This document shows positions 10,486-19,069 of a DNA stretch of 64,000 bases, in pieces. The stretch is taken from positions 18,524 through 82,523 of the forward strand of contig JANOAU010000052.1 in assembly GCA_031411275.1 (NCBI GenBank), in the 5' to 3' direction. The notes below the pieces were generated by a model. The model was not told where the DNA came from. It was given only the letters and a program-made list of their open reading frames with translations, and did not search any database. Each line of letters begins with the position of its first letter. The stretch's first letter is position 1. The stretch comes from Saprospiraceae bacterium. GTDB taxonomy: Bacteria; Bacteroidota; Bacteroidia; Chitinophagales; Saprospiraceae. The position numbers and the translations under genes are program-made.

Positions 10486-11454
10486 TTGATGATGTTTGAC
10501 CTTCCCTTAGTGTCTGTACTGATGCCACTGTTTAATAAACAGGCTTATGTAGTTGAAGCGATAACATCTGTTTTACATCAGACTTACCCGAATATCGAAC
10601 TCATTATTATTGACGATGGGTCAACTGACAGCAGTTTTGAAATAGCCCATCAATTTGTCTCCGATAAAGTACACGTATTTAAGCAAGAAAATCGGGGCGT
10701 TTCATCGGCTCGAAATGTGGCTTTCGAAAAGTCAAAAGGCGATTTTATTCAATATTTAGATGCCGATGATGTTTTAGAAAGCCGAAAAATAGAGGAACAA
10801 GTAAAAATACTGAGGGGGCATAATGATACGACCTTAGCAACAGCTAAACGGTTTTATTTTAAAAAACAACTTGTTGACGCTTGGCAATTAAACACTATGC
10901 CGATTTTAGAAAAAAATTATACCGATATGTCTGCTTTTTTGATTGACGAAGTGTCAAGCAGCGCATTTGTGCATTCGTGGTTGATACCGCGTACGCTCAT
11001 TTCAAAAGCGGGGAAGTGGCATGAATTCATGACCATTTTTGAGGATAGAGATTTTTATTTACGCCTTGTCTTGTCAGCAAAAACAATTAGTTATTGCCCT
11101 CAAGCCATTTGTTATTGTCGTTTTCCAATAGATGACCATCAGTTAAAACGCAGTAAAAAGTCTCAATTTAAGACAGTTTTGGACTATTTTTCAAGGTTTG
11201 AGCATCAATTACTATCTGAAAATCAAGACTTACACCGTCAATCATATTCAGCTTTAGCTTGTTTATACAAAAAACTGCTCAATATTACCGATGATAAAAA
11301 AACGATTGATGAATTGAAAAACCGTTCTCAAAGGCTTGGTTTAGTACCCGATTGTGGTAACAGTCCATTTATTCAATTTTGTAAAAAAATGATTGGGGTA
11401 AAAAATACTTTTGGGCTTATTTATTTGAAATCGAAATATATTGACACACCCTAA
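10486..11454 (+). CDS. Family 2 glycosyltransferase
   Basis: VSVLMPLFNKQAYVVEAITSVLHQTYPNIELIIIDDGSTDSS ... YLDADD is the GT2 signature. It is divergently transcribed from wzm. Confidence 0.85.
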   Translation: MMMFDLPLVSVLMPLFNKQAYVVEAITSVLHQTYPNIELIIIDDGSTDSSFEIAHQFVSDKVHVFKQENRGVSSARNVAFEKSKGDFIQYLDADDVLESRKIEEQVKILRGHNDTTLATAKRFYFKKQLVDAWQLNTMPILEKNYTDMSAFLIDEVSSSAFVHSWLIPRTLISKAGKWHEFMTIFEDRDFYLRLVLSAKTISYCPQAICYCRFPIDDHQLKRSKKSQFKTVLDYFSRFEHQLLSENQDLHRQSYSALACLYKKLLNITDDKKTIDELKNRSQRLGLVPDCGNSPFIQFCKKMIGVKNTFGLIYLKSKYIDTP

Positions 11455-11463
11455 TGTTTCATT

Positions 11464-12477
11464 ATGCCTAAAAAAGACATCCGATATTACATCAATACGA
11501 TAAACCTAAAATATCAAGCAGCGACCTACCATCTACTCGATAAGCTGTCGCTTTTGAGTCGTATGAAAAAAAGAGAGGAAACTTATTTCTTAAATTTATA
11601 TCATACACATTTTAAAAATGGTATAGTATTAAATCATTCATTTTCAACCGAATATATTACTTATCGTTATTTTCCAACAGCAGAAAGTTTCTCTCGACAT
11701 TTGCATTTTGATAGGGAGGGGGTCGCTATGTGTCGGTCAGATTTGAAGCCGCATTATAATCCGCTTATTGCGGCATTTTTGGGTTTGGTTTGTTACAATG
11801 ATTTTTTAAAGAATCAAAATGAAGCAGCTATTCAGCAATTTTGGGTACAAGCAAACCATCTCGCTAAAAAAGGTACTGCTAAAAATGGTTTATTTTTATT
11901 TTATTATGACAAGGGAACATGGTATGCGGGCATCACACAAGCTTTAGTCAGTTCATTGTTTATGCGTGCTTATATTTTAGATAAAGAGGGAAGTTGGAAA
12001 CAATTGGCTCGTCAAACCTTGCTTTCTTTGTTTGAACCTGTCGAAAACGGAGGTGTGTTCAAAAAAACGCCCGAGGGTTTAGATTGGGTTGAGGAGTATC
12101 CTTTGTCGGTCAATCATCCTTTTGTACTCAATGGATTTATCTTTGCCTTGACGAATCTATATGAGTATTTGATATTGTGCGAGAATGACGTGTTTTTGTC
12201 CAATTATTTGATAAGGCTTAATGACACTTTGTTTAAAACACTCCACTATTTTAAAAGGAAAAAATATTTTAAATACAGTCGTTTTCATTGGGTTTTTCAA
12301 AACATTGAATATCAAGGACTGATGGTTTGTCAATTTTTGCATCTGTACGCCGTATCAAAAAATGAGGCGTTTAACGACATTGCGGCGTTACTCAATAAAG
12401 ATGTGGATTGGGCTGCTTTCTTTCGTTTTTATGATATGCCTACCCCTCGTTATTTTCAAGAAATTTCTAAATCTTAA
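11464..12477 (+). CDS. Putative D-glucuronyl C5-epimerase-like protein
   Basis: The central region (HYNPLIAAFLGLVCYNDF ... WYAGITQALVSSLFMRAY) resembles the C5-epimerase C-terminal (alpha/alpha toroid) family. The call comes from motif memory and is not verified. Confidence 0.4.
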   Translation: MPKKDIRYYINTINLKYQAATYHLLDKLSLLSRMKKREETYFLNLYHTHFKNGIVLNHSFSTEYITYRYFPTAESFSRHLHFDREGVAMCRSDLKPHYNPLIAAFLGLVCYNDFLKNQNEAAIQQFWVQANHLAKKGTAKNGLFLFYYDKGTWYAGITQALVSSLFMRAYILDKEGSWKQLARQTLLSLFEPVENGGVFKKTPEGLDWVEEYPLSVNHPFVLNGFIFALTNLYEYLILCENDVFLSNYLIRLNDTLFKTLHYFKRKKYFKYSRFHWVFQNIEYQGLMVCQFLHLYAVSKNEAFNDIAALLNKDVDWAAFFRFYDMPTPRYFQEISKS

Positions 12478-12478
12478 T

Positions 12479-13654
12479 ATGCTTTCTCAAAATAGAATCA
12501 AAGCTTTGTGGATTTGCTCTTGGTTTCCGAATCGGACATTGCCAAATACAGGTTCATTCATATATCAACAGGCAAAAGCCACATCGTCTTTTACAGATAT
12601 TGCCGTCCTTCATGTGTGTAGTGATACCGTTAAAAGCTATGACATTCAAATAGAACAATCGGAGTTTTTGACCATACATGTCTATTATCCTAAAACCAAG
12701 AGCTTTATTCTCAAGACTGTTCGACAGTTGAAAGCACAAATAAAAGGATATAAAAAGATAAAGCAACTATTTGGTAAACCCGATATTGTGCATCTGAATG
12801 TCATTTATCCTGCGGGTTTGTTTTGTTTGATATTGCATTTTTGGGTGCAACTGCCTTTTATTGTTTCTGAACATTCCTCGATTTATCGTCCTGAAAGACA
12901 ACTGTATAAAGGACTTCAGCTTAAAATAATACCTTATTTGGTTATAAAATGGGCAAAAGCGGTTGTTATGTTGACCGATTACAATATTCAAATTATGAAA
13001 AATCATTGGCGATTAGACAACGAACATTACGTCATTGTTCCCAATGTCATTGATACCCATATTTTTAAATTAAAAAATACTGATTACTCACATATAGAAC
13101 AGTCTGTATTCACCTTTTTACATGTCTCTTGGTTGGTGGAGGAGACAAAAAATGTATTGGGGATGATTCGTTCCGCCGCATTATTGGTTCAAAAACGAAA
13201 GGATTTTAGGCTCATCATTGTTGGAGATAGAAAAAAACACCCGCCTTTAATGGCATTGGCAGAGGAGCTTAATATTTTGAACAAATTCATTTTTTTTAAG
13301 ACCGAAATGCCTAATAATCAAGTTGCTCATGAGATGCAAAATGCGGATGCTTTTTTAATGTTTAGCCATGTCGAAGGTTTACCCTGTGTTATTTTAGAAG
13401 CAATGTCTGTCGGGTTACCTATTATTGTTACCGAAACAGGCGGCATCTCTGATTGGGTTACGCCCGATGCGGGCATCATCCTCAATATCGGCGACGAAGG
13501 CGCTTTAGTCGAAGCCATGAACGATATGATGGGCAATCGGGATAAATACGACCCCTCAGTAATCCGTTCAAAAATTGTTGAAAAATGCAGTGTTAATGTT
13601 GTCGGGCGAGCGATTACCACTGTTTATGAAGATGTTTTGGAAAGGAAACACTAA
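12479..13654 (+). CDS. Family 4 (GT-B) glycosyltransferase
   Basis: The C-terminal EGLPCVILEAMSVGLPIIVTETGGISDWV is the GT1/GT4 E-x7-E region. I prefer the start at ATG 12479, 2 nt after the upstream stop, over the track start at 12362. Confidence 0.8.
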   Translation: MLSQNRIKALWICSWFPNRTLPNTGSFIYQQAKATSSFTDIAVLHVCSDTVKSYDIQIEQSEFLTIHVYYPKTKSFILKTVRQLKAQIKGYKKIKQLFGKPDIVHLNVIYPAGLFCLILHFWVQLPFIVSEHSSIYRPERQLYKGLQLKIIPYLVIKWAKAVVMLTDYNIQIMKNHWRLDNEHYVIVPNVIDTHIFKLKNTDYSHIEQSVFTFLHVSWLVEETKNVLGMIRSAALLVQKRKDFRLIIVGDRKKHPPLMALAEELNILNKFIFFKTEMPNNQVAHEMQNADAFLMFSHVEGLPCVILEAMSVGLPIIVTETGGISDWVTPDAGIILNIGDEGALVEAMNDMMGNRDKYDPSVIRSKIVEKCSVNVVGRAITTVYEDVLERKH

Positions 13655-13693
13655 TGTCATGGATTGAAGGTTGGTTTGTTTTGCAAAACTTTA

Positions 13694-13900
13694 TTTAGCG
13701 TCTTAGGACAATTGTTTAGCGCTTTGACAAATTATTTAGCGTCTTAGGACAATTGTTTAGTGCCTTGACAAATTATTTAGTGTCTTAGGACATTTGTTTA
13801 GTGTCGTGACAAATATATTTAGCGTCTTAGGACATTTGTTTAGTGTCTTGACAAATTATTTAGCGTGTTGAATAAAATGTTTAACGTCTTAAAAAAAATG
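13694..13900. repeat. Tandem array of ten 21-bp units in two alternating subtypes
   Basis: Units run TTTAGCGTCTTAGGACAATTG / TTTAGCGCTTTGACAAATTAT and so on, head to tail from 13694 to 13900, and degenerate at the 3' end. There are no unique spacers. Confidence 0.9.
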
Positions 13901-14007
13901 AAACCTATGTGTTTAGTCAATTTTTTGTCAATAAACAAACATTCTTCAAGCAAAAAACGTTCAAATGCGTACTTTCACGCCCTAAAAATCTAAAATCATT
14001 AAAAAAT

Positions 14008-15072
14008 ATGAAACAGCGTTCCAGCATTACTTTTTTATTACTGCTCACAGTATTTTTGGTTTTTGGACAAAAAACTGAAACCGTCAAAAGCGAAAAACAC
14101 CTCAAAAATATCCACCAACTCACTTATGGCGGCAATAATGCCGAAGCCTATTGGTCGCCAAATAGCAAATCGGTGACTTTTCAATCCGATTTTAAAAAAT
14201 GGGGCGTTCAATGCGACCAAATTTTCAAGATGGATATTAAGAAGGCGATGCGCGATACAGCTTATCGTCCAAAAATGATTTCTACATCATTGGGTCGCAC
14301 GACTTGCTCTTATTTTATGCCCAATGGTAAACATATTTTGTATGCTTCGACGCACAAGGGTGGTCAGGCATGTCCAGAACCACCGCCGTATGATCCTAAA
14401 AAGTATTTGTGGCCCGTTTATGCTGATTTTGACATTTTTGTAGCCGATAAAAAAGGGAAAATCATCAAACAACTCACCAATACTGAGGGGTATGATGCAG
14501 AGGCAACTGTCTCGCCCGATGGTAAAAAAATCGTTTTCACTTCCGACCGCAGTGGTGATTTGGAGTTGTGGACAATGAATATTGATGGCACTGACGAACG
14601 CCAAGTGACTTTTAGCTTGGGTTACGATGGAGGGGCGTTCTTTTCACCCGATTCTAAAAAATTGGTTTTTCGTGCCAGTCGGCCAAAAAAAGATGAAGAA
14701 GTGGCTGAATACAAGGACTTTTTGAAAAAACATCTTGTCGCTCCGACCAATATGGAAATTTATACAGCCAATGTAGATGGCTCGGATATAAAACAAATCA
14801 CGCATTTGGGCAAAGCGAATTGGGCACCTTTTTATCATCCTTCGGGCAAAAAAATCCTATTTTCTTCTAATCATCATGCGACAAGAGGCTATGATTTTCA
14901 GTTGTATATGATTAACGAGGATGGCACAGGCTTGGAACAAATAACAACCGAAAGTTATTTCAATGCCTTTCCGATGTTTTCACCTGACGGGAAAAAATTA
15001 GTTTGGTCGTCGAATCGCCAAAATTGGGGAACTCGTGATACGAATATGTTTGTGGCGGATTGGGTGGATTGA
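14008..15072 (+). CDS. Periplasmic TolB-like / PD40 beta-propeller repeat protein
   Basis: Signal peptide MKQRSSITFLLLLTVFLVFGQ, then repeated SPDGKKIVF / SPDSKKLVF / SPDGKKLVW PD40 blades. The start is set at Met34 (14008). Confidence 0.75.
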   Translation: MKQRSSITFLLLLTVFLVFGQKTETVKSEKHLKNIHQLTYGGNNAEAYWSPNSKSVTFQSDFKKWGVQCDQIFKMDIKKAMRDTAYRPKMISTSLGRTTCSYFMPNGKHILYASTHKGGQACPEPPPYDPKKYLWPVYADFDIFVADKKGKIIKQLTNTEGYDAEATVSPDGKKIVFTSDRSGDLELWTMNIDGTDERQVTFSLGYDGGAFFSPDSKKLVFRASRPKKDEEVAEYKDFLKKHLVAPTNMEIYTANVDGSDIKQITHLGKANWAPFYHPSGKKILFSSNHHATRGYDFQLYMINEDGTGLEQITTESYFNAFPMFSPDGKKLVWSSNRQNWGTRDTNMFVADWVD

Positions 15073-15150
15073 GAAATTATACGTGATAGAAAGAGGATTG
15101 CTATTTCAAAAAAACAGTTTCTAAGTCAAAACCTAAGAAATACTGAGGGG

Positions 15151-15189
15151 TACAGATTTACGAAATCTATAAGATTTCGTAAATCTGTA
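15151..15189. terminator. Bidirectional hairpin between convergent genes
   Basis: A 17-bp perfect stem, TACAGATTTACGAAATC / GATTTCGTAAATCTGTA, with loop TATAA. It is directly preceded by a TACTGAGGGG copy (15141-15150). Confidence 0.7.
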
Positions 15190-15204
15190 TTTCTTGTAAA
15201 GGTT

Positions 15205-16569
15205 TTATCTCTGTATCGGATAAATCGCCTCCTGCCGCCCATCAATATACCGAAACTTTTTACCATCATAAAAACCATCTTGTTCGAGCATAAAACGGAC
15301 GATTTTACCGCCCCATTCAGGTATCTCAACAGCGGCATTGAGTTCAATCGAATAAGCTGTGTTTGGAAACATCGGATAATCACCTGCACCAACCGTCACT
15401 TTTTGATTGTCCCACATACCGATTGTTGGACCGGCAGCGTGACCATGAAAACCAATCGGGTGTGTATAAATTGTGCCATTTATAGATTCTTTTTTAGCTT
15501 GCGCCAAGGCATCAGCGAGTATTTGATTGCCTGTTTTGCCAACCGTAAAATTTTCTGTCAAAATATCTTGGAGTCGATTGGCTTTTTTGAAAGCTTTTTG
15601 AAGGTAGGAAGGTACTACTGTTTCGCCACCACGCAGTACATAAGCGTGTTCCTGCATATCGGTATTGAGGCGCAAATAAGTAATGCCGAAGTCAACATGT
15701 AATAAATCACCAGGCATAATTGCTTCTTTATCAGACCTTTTTGAGAAAGAACGCAAGTGGTCGAATCGTGCTGTGTCTTGTCTTTGTATGGATACTGAGG
15801 GGTGGAACCAAGTCTCCAAACCCAATTCTGTAACACGCTGCCGATACCACCACACGAGATCTTCGGTCGTCGTCACACCTGCTTGAATCGCTTTATCAGA
15901 TAAACCTTCACGGAGAATTTGATGCGAAATATGGGCGATTTGTTCATACAAAACCATTTCATTTTCAGAACGGGTCTCGAGCCACGACACAGCTAATTTT
16001 TCAGCACTAACAACTCGATTTTGAAACTCTTTAGGCATTTTTTGCATCATTTGGTCATATTCATGGTGACTCAAACCGTCGGCATGACCGTAATTGGGCG
16101 ATACATTGATGCCAATTTTCATCGGATTGCGCTCTTTTATGGTTTCGATGAGGGCATCCCATTGGTCAGGATAGACATTTAGATTCCATGCCGCTTTTAA
16201 TAAACCGACATCGTAGCGGGCAATTGCCAATTTTTCAATACCTAAATCGGAGCGGTTCGCCAATGGATTTTGAAAATCACGTCCTGATTTATCAAAAAAT
16301 ACCATGACCGTACGGCGACGTGCGGACAGCCATTCGGCGGGTAGCATCGTCTTCATTACAGGGTCTTCGTTGTATTCTCTTGAAATCAAAATCCACATAT
16401 CAATGCCTTCACGGCGCATGACGTGGGGGAGGAGATGGTCAAAACGGTCTGACAGCATATTGTCAATGACTTCTGCTCGTTCCCGTTCTGACAATATTTT
16501 TGGATAAGCTGTTGTTTGGGCTTGCGCTAAAAAAGCAGTTAAGAGGAGAAGAAAGGTTAGGTTTTTCAT
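15205..16569 (-). CDS. M24-family metallopeptidase (Xaa-Pro aminopeptidase-like), secreted
   Basis: Signal peptide MKNLTFLLLLTAFLAQAQ, then the pita-bread fold region (LHVDFGITY ... HPIGFHGHAAGP ... YSIELN). The start is set at Met23 (16569). Confidence 0.7.
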   Translation of the reverse strand: MKNLTFLLLLTAFLAQAQTTAYPKILSERERAEVIDNMLSDRFDHLLPHVMRREGIDMWILISREYNEDPVMKTMLPAEWLSARRRTVMVFFDKSGRDFQNPLANRSDLGIEKLAIARYDVGLLKAAWNLNVYPDQWDALIETIKERNPMKIGINVSPNYGHADGLSHHEYDQMMQKMPKEFQNRVVSAEKLAVSWLETRSENEMVLYEQIAHISHQILREGLSDKAIQAGVTTTEDLVWWYRQRVTELGLETWFHPSVSIQRQDTARFDHLRSFSKRSDKEAIMPGDLLHVDFGITYLRLNTDMQEHAYVLRGGETVVPSYLQKAFKKANRLQDILTENFTVGKTGNQILADALAQAKKESINGTIYTHPIGFHGHAAGPTIGMWDNQKVTVGAGDYPMFPNTAYSIELNAAVEIPEWGGKIVRFMLEQDGFYDGKKFRYIDGRQEAIYPIQR

Positions 16570-16613
16570 TGTTTTGTCTTTTTGGGGTAAATATACTGAG
16601 GGGGGTTGTGATT

Positions 16614-18197
16614 CTACAATGTTTTCACTAACCAACCATTTACTTTTCGTGTTTTTTGGCTGAAATTAACACCAATGCCGATGATTGTTTTGCCTTCTGC
16701 GCGGTATTTGTCGGCATAGTTATTTTTTTCTAATTGCGTCATGGCTGCTTTACCGCTTCGATTGTATTTGAATTCAAAAATATAGATATGCGTAGTGGTT
16801 TTTACAACACTATCTGCGCGTCCATGCGACGACCACACTTCACTTTCGATATAAAGACCTAAGTATTTGAATATCAAATGAATAGTGCCATGGAAAAAAC
16901 GTTCAGACAACTGCATTTCTCTCAATTTGTCATTATCGTCTCTTTCATAAAGATTGGAAGGCAAATCCGAAAATAAGGTGTTGATTATGCGTTTAACTTG
17001 TTCTAAATCGTTGGATTGAAAGGCATTCGATAAGTTTTTGACTGAAATGCTTGAGGCATCTTTTTCACTGCTTGGAATGATAGCATTTATCATAAATTCA
17101 TACATTCCTGCCCGAATTTCTTTGTTTGGATAATCTAACAATAAATCACCTGTCAAAAAATTCCTTTCTTTAATGGTCAAATAGCCTGTTTGAAATAAAA
17201 TAGCGACGATGTCTAAATTATTCAAATCGTATTTATCGAGTAAAGCAGTTGTTGATGCCGTATTCTCATATTCAAATTTGACTTGTTTTTTCATTAAATT
17301 CACCAAAAAAGTAGGCGTACCCGATGCAAACCAAAAACCTTCAAAAGCCCGTTTTTTGAAAAAACTAAGTGTACCAAAAGGGTTATAAACCGTATGCGTA
17401 GCATCCCAACTGAATCCATTGTAGTTTTCGCGCATCATTTCAAGCAACACAGGACGTGCCAATTGATGTCGTTCCATGACGGACTGAATATAATCTTCAA
17501 AATAAAATTCTAATTCTGTCTGCGTGTAACCCGTCAGTGTCGCGTAGTTTTCATCTAAAGTTAAGTCTTCTAAATGGTTTAAATCTGAAAAAATAGACAC
17601 TTTTGAGAACTTTGAAACGCCTGTGATGAATAACAAACGAAGGTAAGGTGAAGCATCTTTTAGAACGGAATAAAAAGTTTTTAGTATATCTCTATTGGCT
17701 TCTGCTTGTGGTATTTTTTCTTTTTCTAAAAAATCAATGATGGGTTTGTCGTATTCATCAATTAACAAAACAACGCGACCATGTTTTTTATACAGTTGTT
17801 CTATTAATTCTTTAAATTGGGTACTATAATTATCACTTGAATACTCAATATCATAACTACTTGCTATCCTTTTTAATTCATGGCTAATAGCTTTACCTAA
17901 CCCCATTTCACGATAAGCTATTGAGGTAAATGACAAGTGTATAACAGGATTTGTTTGTGTCCAATCCCATTTATCTTCAATCCAAAGCCCTTCAAACAAA
18001 TCTTTACTGCCCAAAAATAGTTCTTTCATTGTTGAACACAACAAAGATTTTCCAAAGCGTCGTGGACGAGACAGAAAATAGGCAAAGCCAGTTGTAGCGA
18101 GGCGATGAATTTGTTCTGTTTTGTCAACATAAACAAGGTTAAAATGCTTAAAATCGCTAAACGTTTGGATTCCTAAGGGTAGATTCTTGTTTTTCAT
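16614..18197 (-). CDS. AAA-ATPase-like domain protein fused to a PD-(D/E)XK nuclease-superfamily C-terminus
   Basis: N-terminal FSDFKHFNLVYVDKTEQIHRL ... YFLSRPRRFGKSLL (AAA-ATPase_like/PF09820 pattern). C-terminal GRADSVVKTTTHIYIFEFKYN (D..E.K nuclease motif). Confidence 0.75.
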   Translation of the reverse strand: MKNKNLPLGIQTFSDFKHFNLVYVDKTEQIHRLATTGFAYFLSRPRRFGKSLLCSTMKELFLGSKDLFEGLWIEDKWDWTQTNPVIHLSFTSIAYREMGLGKAISHELKRIASSYDIEYSSDNYSTQFKELIEQLYKKHGRVVLLIDEYDKPIIDFLEKEKIPQAEANRDILKTFYSVLKDASPYLRLLFITGVSKFSKVSIFSDLNHLEDLTLDENYATLTGYTQTELEFYFEDYIQSVMERHQLARPVLLEMMRENYNGFSWDATHTVYNPFGTLSFFKKRAFEGFWFASGTPTFLVNLMKKQVKFEYENTASTTALLDKYDLNNLDIVAILFQTGYLTIKERNFLTGDLLLDYPNKEIRAGMYEFMINAIIPSSEKDASSISVKNLSNAFQSNDLEQVKRIINTLFSDLPSNLYERDDNDKLREMQLSERFFHGTIHLIFKYLGLYIESEVWSSHGRADSVVKTTTHIYIFEFKYNRSGKAAMTQLEKNNYADKYRAEGKTIIGIGVNFSQKTRKVNGWLVKTL

Positions 18198-18227
18198 TCA
18201 ACAAAGTTAAATATTCTCCTTGAAAAT

Positions 18228-18566
18228 TTAGGCGACTGCATACTTTGTAAATTGCCGTAAATTCGGAGGTAAAAAACCGACTACAATGTCCGATTTAGGT
18301 ACACCCCGCTCTTCAAGCATATCACCAACCTCCCATTCGGTCATGTTTTGTTGAACCCAAACTTTTCCATCAATTATATCAAAGTGCATCGGGCAATCGT
18401 GAACAAAACGTTCACCCTGCCAGCCAATTGTTACGACTTGATAGCGTTGATTTTGTTTATCAATAATCAGTTGATTGCCACCAGTAACATTCGCATATTT
18501 GATTTCTGCATATTCTTCAAGTATTTCAAGAATTGCTTTTTCGTATTTTTTTAATTTAACACCCAT
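18228..18566 (-). CDS. xisI: XisI-family protein
   Basis: It has the length and sequence style of XisI (YQVVTIGWQGERFVHDCPMHFDIIDGKVWVQQN ... GVPKSDIVVGF). It overlaps the 3' end of the xisH frame, as is usual for xisH-xisI pairs. Confidence 0.8.
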   Translation of the reverse strand: MGVKLKKYEKAILEILEEYAEIKYANVTGGNQLIIDKQNQRYQVVTIGWQGERFVHDCPMHFDIIDGKVWVQQNMTEWEVGDMLEERGVPKSDIVVGFLPPNLRQFTKYAVA

Positions 18567-18967
18567 TTTGTAATGATTTGAGTTGTAGGGTTGTAAATAA
18601 CAAGATTAATATTTTCAAATTTCAACGTTCTTTGAATTGCTATTTCTGATAAAAAACGCTCTTAGATAAGTTCAGGTACGGCTAAATATAGCACCCTTTC
18701 TGGTTCGTCCATAGCAATAACATTTCGATAAAGAATGTATTTGCCAATAGCTTCATACAAAGCTGTAATAAACGATAAACCAAGAAAAGTTTTTATTTCA
18801 ATGGCAATTTTAATATTACCTCGTTCTGCTGCAATCATGCGTTCCGCACCCAAGTCAATCTGAATCTGGACAGTTCCAATTTTGTAAGAAAGTGGATCTG
18901 CTGTAATCAACCAACCATCTTTTGACAAGGCATTTTTGACATTTTGATGATATAAGTCTCTCGCCAT
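18551..18967 (-). pseudogene. xisH: XisH-family gene interrupted by one in-frame TAA
   Basis: The 101-aa ORF (MARDLYHQNVKNALSKDGWLITADPL...) ends at TAA (18664-18662). The same frame continues ERFLSEIAIQRTLKFENINLVIYNPTTQIITKWVLN to a stop at 18553-18551. That gives 138 codon positions, which is the canonical XisH length. Confidence 0.65.
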
Positions 18968-19069
18968 TTAGTGTTTATTTTATCATACAAAAATTTAAAC
19001 TATAGTAAAAGGTAAGTAATATTTTTTTCAAAGGTAACTTTTTTATAGAAATGCTTATAAAATTTTTTT

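Noticed and set aside
13694-13900. Possible CRISPR array
   Set aside because: The units are contiguous 21-mers with no unique spacers between them, the repeat is too short, and there are no cas genes nearby. It is a tandem minisatellite or binding-site array.
16570-16635. N-terminal extensions of track ORFs (15205..16635, 13909.., 41066..42184, 52517..54211, 5902..7059, 12362..)
   Set aside because: Internal Met codons give canonical signal peptides or family N-termini and remove overlaps with neighbouring genes or repeats. I treat the extensions as non-coding.
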